From assembly GCA_951406725.2 (NCBI GenBank), contig OX597816.1:12958001-13022000 (forward strand): a DNA stretch of 64,000 bases, in the 5' to 3' direction. The DNA is from Octopus vulgaris (Eukaryota). The position numbers were made by a program, and so were the translations under genes. Below, piece after piece: positions 41,397-54,487 of the stretch (position 1 is the first letter of the stretch; the number at the start of each line of letters is the position of its first letter). The notes beneath the pieces were generated by a model. That model worked only from the letters and a program-made list of their open reading frames with translations, did no database searches and was not told the origin of the DNA.

Positions 41397-42609
41397 AATA
41401 TATAAGAAAATAGTAAAGTGTGAAAAAACGACAGAAGGCTTAAATGTTAAAAAATATATATATTTGTGTCAAAATGTCTGGAGAATATTGGAAAAATTTT
41501 TTTTCCTTTCCTTAAAATGACATAATTTTAAAATTTTTAAAGAAATTACCGGTTTCGCGTGTAGCTTTTCAACTCATAGAGGATGGGATCAGACGTGCAA
41601 CAGAAATCAACATAGAAACTTTAAGAAAAGTTCAACACAACAACACACCTTCCCCGAAAATACTACCTTACATATCTACATACAACCCCAGAAACAAAGA
41701 AGCCTTCACCATCATCACCCAGAATTTACCAATACTTCATAAAAACCCAAAATTAAAGGAAATTCTAAACATACACCAAATCATTAAAAGCTACAAACAG
41801 CCTAAATCACTTAAAAAGATTCTCACAAAGGCAAAATTGTCTTCTAAAATTACGGATGCAAAAGTAAAAAAATGTGGTAGATCGAACTGTGCAACATGTC
41901 CTAACCTATTGGAAGGATCAGAATTCTTCTTTAAAGAGGGACAGAAATTTAAGATCAAATCTAACTTTACTTGTGCCTCTGAAAACATAATTTATGTTAT
42001 TAAATGCTCGGGCTGCCACCAAGACTACGTGGGTTCCACGGGACTATCACTCAGGCGCAGATGCACACTGCATCGACAACAGATTGCATTCCCAGAATAT
42101 AGAATGATACCTTTTAGTGAGCACATTGAGAAATGCGCAAAGCAACTACTGCCACAATTTTTAATCTTCCCATTTTACCAATGTGCTTTCGGATCATCAA
42201 CACAAATGAGACTGAACAAGGAAACATTCTTCATTGAAAAGTACAAACCCAGACTCAACCATCCGAACATACTGACACAGAGAAATTAACAAGGAAAAGG
42301 GAAAAAAAATTTTTAAGCGATTATCTCCCCTACACCGGAAAAAATCACTCACTACCTCCCTTTATTCAGAAATCTCCTGGAAATAAAAACAACGATAATT
42401 CCATGCAATATAAACATAACGTCACAAGAAATTTGAAAAGCTACACGCGAAACCGGTAATTTCTTTAAAAATTTTAAAATTATGTCATTTTAAGGAAAGG
42501 AAAAAAAAATTTTTCCAATATTCTCCAGACATTTTGACACAAATATATATATTTTTTAACATTTAAGCCTTCTGTCGTTTTTTCACACTTTACTATTTTC
42601 TTATATATT
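41397..42609 (+). mobile_element. Penelope-like (Neptune-like) 3' fragment bounded by near-perfect ~176-bp inverted repeats
   Basis: Arms 41397-41572 and 42433-42609; uninterrupted frame 41573-42289 with KKCGRSNCATC, IIYVIKCSGC..YVGST, RCTLHRQQI, ETFFIEKYKPRLN. Confidence 0.9.
42426..42464 (+). ncRNA. Minimal hammerhead-like motif in the PLE terminal repeat
   Basis: agaaat-TTGAAAA-gc-tacac-gc-GAAA-ccgg-TA-atttct; palindromic stem III. Confidence 0.6.
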
Positions 42610-43113
42610 TATATATATACATGTACGTATACAGACACATAATATACATATACTTATATGTGTGTGTGTGTGCGCGTGTTACTGTGTGTGTGTCTGTGTG
42701 TGTGTTTGTGTGTGTTTATGAGTATAAAAACAATTGAAGATTGTATTCATTTTCTTAATCCATACAATTTCACTGTTTTTGTTTTTCTTTTGCATATTCA
42801 TGATGTCAGATTTGAAACCTTATAATTTTCATGTTTTGTTGTCGATTAGTTTTAATTTATCGCCATAAATGGAAAATATATTTTGCCGTTCTTGAATTTA
42901 TTATAAAATACAATATATTCTATTTGTTGTCCTACTCTTTGTCCTTTCATTCAATTTATATAATGTTTGGACATAGGAAACCACGAAGGGATAAAATCTG
43001 CGTCATTCTTATGCAAATGCTGCACAAATTATTTCAACGTTTCAAGACGCATTCATTTAAATTGTTTTACGGGGTTTTCAGCCTAAGTTTGACAGTTTAC
43101 ATGAAAGGAAGAG

Positions 43114-43548
43114 AAAAATACCCCATCCAAAAATGAAACTTTTTTTAAAAATACCCCATCCAAAAATGAAATTATTTAAAAAAATATACCATCCAAAAAT
43201 GAAATTGTTTTTTAAAATACCCCATCCAAAAATGAAATTATTTAAAAAAATACACCATTCAAAAATGAAACTATTTTTTAAAATACCTCATCCAAAAGTG
43301 AAATTAGTTTTTAAAATATCCCATCCAAAAATAAAATTATTTTTAAAAATACCCCATCCAAAAATGAAACTATTTTTTAAAATACCCCATCCAAAAATGA
43401 AACTGTTGTTCAAAATATCCCATCCAAAAATGAAACTATTTTTAAAAAATACCTCACCCAAAAATGAAAGTACTTATTAAAATACCCCATACAAAACTGT
43501 ACCTATTTTTTAAAATACCCCATCCAAAGATGAAACTATTTTAAAAAA
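43114..43548. repeat. 33-bp minisatellite, about 13 units
   Basis: Unit aaaataccccatccaaaaatgaaactatttttt. Confidence 0.92.
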
Positions 43549-43974
43549 TCAAGAATATCCACAAGATTATGGATGAGAGATAAGGGTCTACTCAAGATAG
43601 CCACCATCACTTACACGGCGGCCCCAAAACGGCTCCAGAACCTGAAGCATTCGGTTATTACTGTGTACCTGGGAAGATCTTCGACCTTGGTCTCTAACCC
43701 GGCGTTCGTGCTGCAAGCACAGCAGTTAGTGTCTTTCTCAACAGCGTCCGTCACATAGTAACCATCGGATTGCGATCAGAGAAATTAGAAAGTCAAAATT
43801 TGCGGTTGGAAAAGTCGTAAAAATTCTCTGACAAACATTTCTGACTATTCCCAGAGTTATAACAAGAAGCCAAATCCAGCTGTCACAAATAAAGCCCTCG
43901 ACCAGCAGTCCTATCCATGCTCAAAGACATGGATATGAATTCCAACGTGTGAACGCAGTCAGAAAGCAGTCAGA

Positions 43975-44270
43975 ACGGTTGTACCAGTCCTTTATATGTG
44001 TTTTTCCCATAGCATCATCTCCAAAGAACTTCTGAATCTTCTCAATAGTCTGGGCCTGTGTATCTCCAAGTTTTTGGCAGGAATTTGATACAGTAACTTT
44101 GATTCAAAAAGAAAAATCGCACAGCACCCCCTTCACGTCTGTACTCAACGCGTCACAACCTACAGACACGGAATTTTGGGGGCATGATCAGGAAGTGACG
44201 CGGTCCCCTAACACACATGTGGATGTTGCTCACGCGTTATTATTACGTGGATACTTTTTCACTATACTCC

Positions 44271-44275
<5 letters not shown>
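43975..44275 (-). mobile_element. mariner 5' fragment (HTH region)
   Basis: Minus strand, with a frameshift, NQSYCIKF / CQKLGDTQAQTIEKIQKFFGDDAMGKTHIKDWYNR. Confidence 0.7.
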
Positions 44276-44310
<35 letters not shown>

Positions 44311-44338
44311 CCCCCCCCCCTCTCTCTCCCGTTCTCTG

Positions 44339-44397
<59 letters not shown>

Positions 44398-45119
44398 CTG
44401 AGACCCCCTTCGGTCATAACTGACCGTAGGATTGTACCTGGAAAGTGTGACTACGAAGTGTGACTACATAATGCGACCTGAATGTATAATCCAGTGGCCT
44501 AAACAGTAGCACAAAAGGCAATTTCTATACTTCGAGACTTGTGATTTACAATATATTTTGCTGTATTTACAAGCATGCATAGTGTAAGAACGACTATAGG
44601 CTCTAAGTAAATTATACTAATTAAGAATCCAAGAAGTATATCTAATTTCCGTAAATAAAACTTAATGTAGTCAGCAAACTACGCTGAAAAGTCCCAGAAC
44701 AATTTTTTCAAGATGGCTGAAATGAACTTATTACAGAAGTGCAGGTAACCGACGACTAATATGGGTTATATTGCTAATATTTGAAAATGCTTTTTTGAGA
44801 ATAATATCATGGTAAGCAAAGTCTAAGAGGAGATTTAGAATCAATTCTGAAATATAGATATGATAGAATGCAGTCTAGTGTAACAGAACGGAGCATTTTG
44901 TTATTCTATATTTCTTCTATTGGTTGAATTTAGTCTTACACACGCACATACGCACATACATGCAAACATACAGAAACATTATGAAAATGAATATATAAAT
45001 ATGTATGTATATATACATATATATTTGTAAATACATATGTATGTAAAGATATATATAAATATATACTATATGTATATATATATATATATATACACAAATA
45101 CATACGATGATGATGATGA

Positions 45120-45161
<42 letters not shown>

Positions 45162-45571
45162 ATATATATATATACATATATTTTCGTATATACAAGTGTA
45201 TAGATGCAGAAACACAGACACGCAAATATGTTTATATACATACATATATATATATATACATACATACCTATATATTCAGATATATGCTAATATATATATA
45301 TTTATACAACGCACAAACACACACAGACACAAACACACACACATATATATATATACATACACACACACAAATTGTATATTCATGCATGACACATGTGCAA
45401 AAGCAAAAATGGAATGAACTGAAAATGTGATAGAAAAATAATAGGCAATTGCTAATTATGTTTGCATACGATCATCTCTTCCTCTCTCACATCTACGTGT
45501 GTGTGTGTATATATATATATACATTTACTTATTTATGTATGTATACATGTATCTGTGTGTATATATATATA

Positions 45572-45628
<57 letters not shown>

Positions 45629-45668
45629 GAATGAAAGAATGGAGTCGAACGACGATTTAACAAAATTC

Positions 45669-45773
<105 letters not shown>

Positions 45774-46297
45774 CATCTATCTATGTGCATTTATTTATCA
45801 ATATATGCACATGCTTACATACATACATACAGACAGACAGGCAGACAGACAGACACACCGCCATGGACGCTTTTCTATTTCTTTATATCGAACCATTCAG
45901 ACATATATACAACACACATACTATCGGACACACCTACCAAATCTAATTTTATAAAGATTTCATGAAAAATATAATATTCATGCACTGATTGTGCAGAGAG
46001 AGTTTATTAAAGTGGCTCTATGATATTGGAAAAAGAATACAAGTAAAATAATAACCGATACACGAAACGAAAGCAATCCTTTCAAATAAACAGTAAAATC
46101 AAATTTCCATAAGAATTAATCAACATTGGTAAATCTCATGAAACTAGTTGTTCGATAAAAGGAATAAAAAGCAATTTTTTTAAAAATCAGAGATTAAATA
46201 ACTGTATACACATATATTACTTTATATATGTGTGTCTGCATGGATATTTATATATATATATATAGATAGATGTGCGTGTGTGTATGTGTAAATTCAT

Positions 46298-46342
<45 letters not shown>

Positions 46343-46490
46343 TACATACATATATAGATAGATTCGTACATACATACATACAGACATACAGACAGACAAA
46401 GAGACAAGGGATAGTTAGATTAGATAGACAGATCGACACATTGATAAACATATACGGCCATACATATGTATGTCTCTATATATATATACG

Positions 46491-46525
<35 letters not shown>

Positions 46526-46569
46526 AGATAGATAATGTGAGAGAAAGAGAGAGCCACATATATTTTTGT

Positions 46570-46617
<48 letters not shown>

Positions 46618-46727
46618 TTATCTGTGTGTATTTCTGAATATGCAGACACCCCACCCCACATATATATATATATATATATATTCTATATATATATCGTGAA
46701 GTACCCCTGTTTATATCTCGCTCACAG

Positions 46728-46810
<83 letters not shown>

Positions 46811-47574
46811 GAACTCTTCACATACACAGACTTATGTAAAGGAAAAAGATAGTATGATATAATGACAATGAATAAGTACTTATAATAAACGAAACATAGC
46901 ATATACACATTGTATAAAACAAAATTAAACATTTACACCACATTATAATACATCATACACTAGAGAAGAATACATTTACGCTATGTAATGTGTTCTTGTC
47001 GGGCGGGAAATTAATTCACAGACATTTTAAAGATCTTTGCCGTTCCGTTTTAAAGAAAGTGTACGTAGAGGTATCTGAGTGTTAATAACAATCATCTTTT
47101 CCATTTAGCGTAAAGAATCCAAAACGATGCAGTGTATTTAACTTTCAGCATTTAGATATTCCTCATATCCTTCTGGCCTCGATATCATATCTGTGATAAT
47201 CTAGAACAGATACCATTAACAAAACTTTCGTTTTATATTATATATCCTGTTGCATTATTATACCAATTTTAGGAATTCTAATCAGTAAGTACCAAAACTT
47301 TGGAGCGATAGAAATTTTAGTGTAATGATCAGGTTTCCTACCGTTTACATTTTTAATTCGAATCTTAGTATAACCCATTTTCATGTTTTACCTTAATTAT
47401 TTGCACTCCCAGTGCCGTGGATAACTGTTACGAGTTACATGACACTTAATACTTGTCATTTATGTGAAATTTCAATGCAAACCTACAAAGATAGTCTCTA
47501 TACGTTTTCCTTTAGACGTTTTCTGCAAGATACCATATGATCCACGTATCCACTTTCTGCGCTCACTAATCCTC

Positions 47575-47926
47575 GGCAGCGGACTCGCGGTCATAGGATC
47601 GCGGTTTCGATTCCCAGACCGGGCGTTGTGAGTGTTTATTGAGCGAAAACACCTAAAGCTCCACGAGGCTCTGGCAGGGATGGTGGTGATCCCTGCTGTA
47701 CTCTTTCACCACAACTTTCTCTCACTCTTTCTTTCCTGTTTCTGTTGTACCTGTATTTCAAAGGGCCGGCCTTGTCACTCTCTGTGTCACGCTGAATATC
47801 CCCGAGAACTACGTTAAGGGTACACGTGTCTGTGGAGTGCTCAGCCACTTGCACTTTAATTTCACGAGCAGGCTGTTTCGTTGATCGGATCAACCGGAAC
47901 CCTCATCGTCGTAACCGACGGAGTGC
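47575..47926 (+). mobile_element. SINE family C (slightly 5'-truncated)
   Basis: Matches 4401-4782. Confidence 0.85.
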
Positions 47927-48084
47927 AAGAGAATCCTCGGGTACCACCTTCATAGAGTCCTGTCAGAAGCTATCATCATTACACTTTTCATCTGGATTCA
48001 TAAGCGCCACAGGCTGAGACTATGGACATTAGCGAATCACCACCATTTTGATTTTCTCGTATGTCTCCTTCAGTATGATTATTT

Positions 48085-48667
48085 AAGGCGGCGAGTTGGC
48101 AGAATTGTTAGCACGCCGGATGAAATGTCTAGCGGTATTTCGTCTGCCGTTACGTTCTGAGTTCAAATTCCGCCGAGGTCGACTTTGCCTTTCATCCTTT
48201 CGGTGTCGATAAATAAAGTACCACTTACACACTGGGGTCGATATAATCGACTTAATCCGTTTGTCTGTCCTTCTTTGTCCCCTCTGCGTGTAGCCCCTTG
48301 TGGGCAGTAAAGAAATAAGTATTTCGTCTTTCGCCATGTTCTGAGTTCAAATTCCGCCGAGGTCGACTTTGCCTTTCATCCTTTCGGGGTCGATAAATAA
48401 AGTACCACTTACACACTGGGGTCGATATAATCGACTTAATCCGTTTTTCTGTCCTTGTTTGTCCCCTCTGTGTGTAGCCCCTTGTGGGCAGTAAAGAAAT
48501 AAATATTTCGTCTTTCGCCATGTTCTGAGTTCAAATTCCGCCGAGGTCGACTTTGCCTTTCATCCTTTTGTGTATCAATAAATTAAGTAGTAGTTGACTA
48601 CTGGGGTCGATGTAATCGACTACCCTCTCCTCCAAATTTCAATCCTTGTGTCTATAATAGAAAGGAG
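48085..48667 (+). mobile_element. SINE family B, trimeric form (184-bp period)
   Basis: gttctgagttcaaattccgccgaggtcgac starts at 48154, 48338 and 48522. Confidence 0.9.
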
Positions 48668-48779
48668 TATTCACTGCGACATTCTGATCACATGTCCGTA
48701 GTACCGGTGCTATGATTTCCCAACGCAGATAAGTATAGGCTCGACCTAGATAGACGTTCATCTCTGATCTACATTTAAA

Positions 48780-49100
48780 GACTCCGCCGGTTACGACGAC
48801 GAGGGTCCCAGCTGATACGATCAACGGAACAGCTTGCTCGTGAAATTAACGTGCAAATGGCTGAGCATTCCACAGACACGTGTACCCTTAACGTAGTTCT
48901 CGGGGATAATCAGCGTGACACAGAGAGTGACAAGGCTGACCCTTTGAAATACAAGTACAACTCATTTTTGCCAGCTGAGTGGACTGGAGCAACGTGAAAT
49001 AAAGTGTCTTGCTCAAGGACACAACGCGTCGCCGGGAATCGAACTCACAACCTTACGATCATGAGCCGAATGCCCTAACCACTAAGCCACGCGCCCTCAC
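48780..49100 (-). mobile_element. SINE with alternative tRNA head and family C 3' part
   Basis: Head ggcgcgtggcttagtggttaggg...gagttcgattccc, central tgtgtccttgagcaagacacttt, tail shared with family C. Confidence 0.85.
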
Positions 49101-49779
49101 TCTGCTCTACATAACCTGTTGTCAAACGTCGTTGCTCCAGAATCGCTCGGAGGAACCCTGCTTTAATCCGTCGTTTTGCAATCATGCTCTTTTGGTCATT
49201 ACCCAATATTCATAAACATAAATAAATAATAATGTGAAAGTAAGAAGAGTTGATTCCTGTACATGTCTAGGTTGCCTTGTGTCTTATTCAAACTGTTGTA
49301 ATTTCACCTTCGTTGTATTCTATATGAACAAAGTCTATAATGAAATCTATTCTGGTTGTGACAATTGAGTATTTATTTTAAGCTGTGTTTCTAATATTAT
49401 ATTTTCCGTTTGATTTTCGTCTCTTGAGACAGGTGAAAATTAAGGAAATTTGGATGGTGTTTCAAGCATGGCGATTGACCACCTGAAAGTTTTCTTATAA
49501 ATTTAGATTATTCGTAGATTTTTTAATCACTTTTGGCAACGGGAAAGAGACTCCTTTAAGGAAGTTTAATAAACATTTCAATAATAATCAGTGTTTAGAA
49601 ATATCAAGGACATAGTGTTATGAGAATATATTCTTCTTAATTATAATATCGTAATAATTAAGGTTTAGTTATCTGTGTGTCGGAAACGTTTGGCCCATCG
49701 GTTTGTTTTGAACCGTGAATTCACTATATTTATAATTACCAATTATTCTCAAAGAAAAAAAGGGTAGCCTTGGAATTAC

Positions 49780-49839
49780 CTCCTCTTTGTTTCCCTTGGC
49801 TCGGAGAAATTCCTTCGTTAGGCGAAAAGATTCTTGCAT
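49780..49839 (-). CDS. Candidate coding exon end (MQESFRLTKEFLRAKGNKEE), product unknown
   Basis: Open frame in unique-looking sequence ending gag|gtaatt (phase 0). Confidence 0.18.
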
Positions 49840-50484
49840 TTGGGGGAGAGACAATGACGTGGCATACCCATGACAAGGAAACAATAAAATAAACCGTTTC
49901 TGACGATGGATCTCGAAATTGATAACGCTATAGATAATAACGTGTAAATATTGTGTTAAAAATTCATTCGATGGAAGAAGTCGAATACTACACGTAGGAA
50001 TCGAACACACATTTCTTGTAAACGTGAGAGATGCTCTAAGATTATACGAAAGCAAGCCTTCGACTTCCTCTGTTCGCTTTAGAAACCTTGTTCATAGCAG
50101 CAGAAAGTCTTATATATTTCCAGAAGAAGCGGATCCAAATCTTGCAGGCAATTTCGACTCTTTCCATCCAAAGGATCTAAAATCCCAATATTTTAAAATT
50201 CATATGCTTCGAATTCTACCGTTAAATTCGAAACATGTCAATATTTGCAGATACGGGCACCGATAGGAACATATATTTACATATACGCATGCATATTTCT
50301 GTACATTTGTGTAAATATATTTATTGGTGACTGTACATTTTGTTCACTCATGTACATTATTTACAATACAGATGATAGGTATTTACAAATTTAAAAAAAA
50401 TTATTTACGTACGAGAGTCTATGTACGGATCTTTACAGAATATAAAATCGTGGGTATTTGCAGAATATTTGGCTTAAATTAATG

Positions 50485-50860
50485 CAGCGAGCTGGCAGAA
50501 AGGTTAGCACGCCGGGCGAAATGTGTAGCCGTATTTCGTCTGCCGTTATGTTCTGAGTTCAAATTCCGCCGTGGTCAACTTTGCTTTTCATCCTTTCGGG
50601 GTCGATTAAATAAGTACCAGTTACGCACTGGGGTCGATATAATCGACTTAATCCGTGTGTCTGTCCTTATTTGTCCCCGCTGTGTTTAGCCCCTTGTGGG
50701 TAGTAAAGAAATAGGTATTTCGTCTGTTCTCGTGTTCTGAGTTCAAATTCCGCCGAGGTCGACTTTGCCTTTCAAGGCCTATAATATAAGTAACAGTTGA
50801 ATACTGTGATCACTGGAACCGGCTTACACCACCGCCATGAAATAATTGCCTTTGTGCTAG
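50485..50860 (+). mobile_element. SINE family B, dimeric form
   Basis: Consensus match; second unit diverged. Confidence 0.85.
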
Positions 50861-52082
50861 TTTTTGGTTTAGTTTACCGTTACTTAAATTTTTATATATT
50901 TCAAATTTAAACTGCATACCAGGCTCGGGCCCAACCATTACTGATGTTCTCAGTTGAAATCAATTCCAGGTCGGCTTTCCATTTTAGCGCTTGAGAGATT
51001 AAGTAACACCCAAATAGCGAAGCCGATATTTTTGAATATAACATAGCAGACGATGGCTGAACGCAGACAAGGTAAAATAAAAAAGACCCATTTTTAACTC
51101 TATGAAGATGTGGTGGATGTTAGTCCAGCCCTTAAGTTTCGATTTGTCCAGCAGAGGAGACTCGGCCAGAAGCTTACGTTCCGGTGGTGTTACGATCATT
51201 ATCATTGAGGCCAAGATGTCACCACATCACATTATAGAATGGGCCGTAGGGGTGAAAATGTTAATATCACATTGATTGAGTTCATATGAAATTAAAGATA
51301 TGAAAGTCTTATTCACCATATATTTTGATAATTCGTGTAAAGTTGTTTTTTGTATATGACATTAAGCAGTGATTGAGCAGACACTTTGTCACTCTTTTTG
51401 CGAGGTTGAAATAATATTCGTGATAAATCAAGAAAATGTATCAAAACAAGATAAATAAAGGAATGATTTATTTAAAAGTATAACATTCGTGATATTTAGC
51501 AAATTTCAGGAGTGGAATAAGAGAATCTAAATTATTGATCAAGCAATATTGAACTATATAATTTTATAAATTTATCAGTTGTCATTTCTTTTCTCTCCGA
51601 CAAAATGTTCCGCCCAACAACTTTCACTTTTTCTTTTTCCTCACGGCTTCAAACTTATTCCACTGTCGGAGTTATTTGTATTAATTTCACCTACACAAAA
51701 CATCAATGGCTTTCCCGCATTCATTTGTTTTAATTTATAATTCTTATATAATTTTTATATCCATTTTTGTTTTGATTTCAACTCAAGGGCATGGTCTATA
51801 AATCTTCATAGTGCAAAAACACCTTGATGTAGCGACTATGATAGAAATTTATTTTCGTAGATTTACGCATAGAATTTATATTACAAAATAAAACTTTTGT
51901 TTACAACAAAGTCAGTCTTGCTTTATAAAAGATTCGATTTAACTTTTTAAAACATAAAACAAATGCTTGTGACTACGACTTTACATATTATCATTAACTC
52001 GTGTCAATGCTTTAATTCTGAATTTTCTGGAAAGAAAATAAATATTTAGTTGTTGCGGTTCAAACTTAAGTAAACATTAATG

Positions 52083-52504
52083 GGATATTTTCGGTTTGAA
52101 CGACAGTTTTTAACATAATTTCTAGGTAACTAAAAAATGTTAAACTTCGTATACTGGTAGAATGTGTTTATAAAACATCTTTTTCTCTTGGCTTTATTGA
52201 GAAAATGCTGTTGTTTGTAAGATATTTGTTGTTTCTTTTTCTTCAATTTCTGCAATTTCAACCATTCACTAACGGGTATTGAGGTGAAAACACATTCTGT
52301 GCCGTATGGATATGTACCTCGTTTAAGAAACAGATTGGGTTTACTTACATTTGTGAAGAAAAAAAAGATACCCTTCCCCCACCCCTAACTAACCCGAACC
52401 CTAAAACAGTTTGAAATGCAATAGATCGATACTAGGGTCATAATTATGGGTGACAATTTCATATGACACCGCTAGAAAAAACTGCCGTTCAAACCGAAAG
52501 ATCC
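52083..52504. mobile_element. Non-autonomous TIR element (~420 bp) flanked by 38-bp direct repeats
   Basis: TIRs ggatattttcggtttgaacgacagttttt / aaaaactgccgttcaaaccgaaagatcc; internal degenerate ccctaa units. Confidence 0.75.
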
Positions 52505-52924
52505 TTTAGCTGTTGTGGTTCAAACTCAAGTAAACGTTAATGAAAGAAGATATTTAACCAAACGTTTTCAAACCAGACCCATCACGTCCATTTCAGACAT
52601 GGCTAATCTATATCATTAATATCCAATTAAGATTCATGTTTGGACAGAATAGGGTTTTGTTTAAGGAGGATTTGGCAGCTATTTTGAGGACTTTCAGGTA
52701 TGATAGTTATGTTGACTCTGTTGTATAGTCCAAGATCCTTTAAGGGGGCAAACCGCTGAGGAAAGCGCTCCGACCAAGACCAGTTCAACTTTTAGCGTTG
52801 TTCTAAAATGTGGCATTTCAAGCGATCCCGTACAGGCATTGTACCTGGAAGGGAATCTTAGTTGAAAGTATACATTCACACACACACACATACACCCGCC
52901 CACACACACATATATATATATATC

Positions 52925-53210
52925 ACCGTGATACCGTGACCGATCAGGCTATCAGATGTTACTACAGATCGCTGGTCACAATGCGCTTCGCATTGTTTTC
53001 GCCTTCAAATGATGCCACCCCGCTGGCTAAGCGAGCAGGCTAACAGAAGAAGGAGTGAGAGAAAGTTGTTGCGAAAGAGAACAGCAGGGATCGCCACAAC
53101 CCTCTGCCGGAACGTCGCGGAGCTTTGCATGTTTTTGCTCAATAAACACTCACAATGCCCGGTCTGGGAATCGAAACCGCAATCCTACGATCGCGAGTCC
53201 GCTGCCTCCA
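52925..53210 (-). mobile_element. SINE with family C head and a different 3' part ending in tcacgg repeats
   Basis: Head matches 4401ff up to the ...ctttctctcactc segment, then unrelated sequence. Confidence 0.7.
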
Positions 53211-53304
53211 TATATATATAAATTTTCATATCATTTATGTGGAAAAATTTGTAAATACATACGTGTGTCTGTGTGCGTATGTGCATGTGTATGTGCGTGT
53301 GTGT

Positions 53305-53340
<36 letters not shown>

Positions 53341-53956
53341 AGAGTGGCTTGTTCGCAATTTTACAGGCGAAAGGCAGAAATACACTAAAGTGGCTGAGGG
53401 AACTAGTCAGCACTAGTATTGCTAGAAATAAGAGTTAAAACACTTCAAGCCACAAGAAGCACCTTATCTTAACGACTGACAAGGGAGGCAAGCTCCTCCC
53501 TAACTGCCTAGGCATATCCAGATCACAGTGATTTCGCATGTATACATATTAATCATGTAGGTATGCACTTATTTCTGTACGTATACTGATATTGGTCTTC
53601 AGTTTTGTATGACAAAGTGTGGTTTTAAACAAGATTATCTTTTTCTTTTCATCTGTTAAGTTTCTTACTTACTGTGCATGTTGTGTTGTATGCACAAAGA
53701 AACCCCGGTTGATATTTAAAATCCGTCAAAGACACTTGCAATCCAACCGTGATTACCCCAAATTCGATAAACATGCACAACGTCAGAATATCATTCTCCA
53801 CAACAACAATCATCTTTTAAAAACTGGGGCCAACTATAACCCCTTGAGATTAGCTGAATATAAAACCCAGGTCCATGCATTCAGTTTCAACAACTGCAAT
53901 AGCAACACATTTTGTCCTGTTCTCTTAAGGGAAATTTCTTCAAGGATTGTATGCAA

Positions 53957-54487
53957 TAGGCGTAGGAGTGGCTGTGTGGTAATTTGCTTGCTTACGAACC
54001 ACATGGTTCCAGGTTCAGTCCCACTGCGTGGCACATTCGGCAAGTGTCTTCTACTATAGCCTCGGGCCGACCAAAGCCTTGTGAGTGGATTTGGTAGACG
54101 GAAACTGAAAGAAGCCCGTCGTATATATGTATAAAACAAACAAGACGAGGACAAATATCCGTCAATTGTAAATAATGTACGTTATTCTTTGTAAGCCTAG
54201 TACTTATTCTATCGGTTCCTTTTTGTCGAACCGCTAAGTTATGGGGACGTAAACACACGAGAATCGGATGTCAAGCGATGTTAGGGGACAAACACAGACA
54301 CACAAACACACACACACATGCATATATACGACGAGCTTCTTTCAGTTTCCGTCTACCAGATTCACTCACAAGGCTTTGGTCAGCTCGAGGCATAGTAGAA
54401 GACACTTGCCCAAGGTGCCACGCAGTGGGACTGAACCCGGAACCGTGTGGTTGGTAAGTAAGCTACTTACCACACACCTACTCCTGT
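53957..54487. mobile_element. Two family A SINEs in inverted orientation separated by a 48-bp foreign fragment
   Basis: Plus-strand head 53957-54130; minus-strand copy 54183-54487; spacer matches 63881-63928 in reverse. Confidence 0.8.

Noticed and set aside
43133-43480. 115-aa ORF of MKLFFKIPHPK repeats
   Set aside because: By-product of a 33-bp minisatellite; the frame breaks in the flanking units
51054-51078. Possible first exon MAERRQ|gtaaaa on the plus strand
   Set aside because: Too short, weak donor, no supporting downstream exon identified
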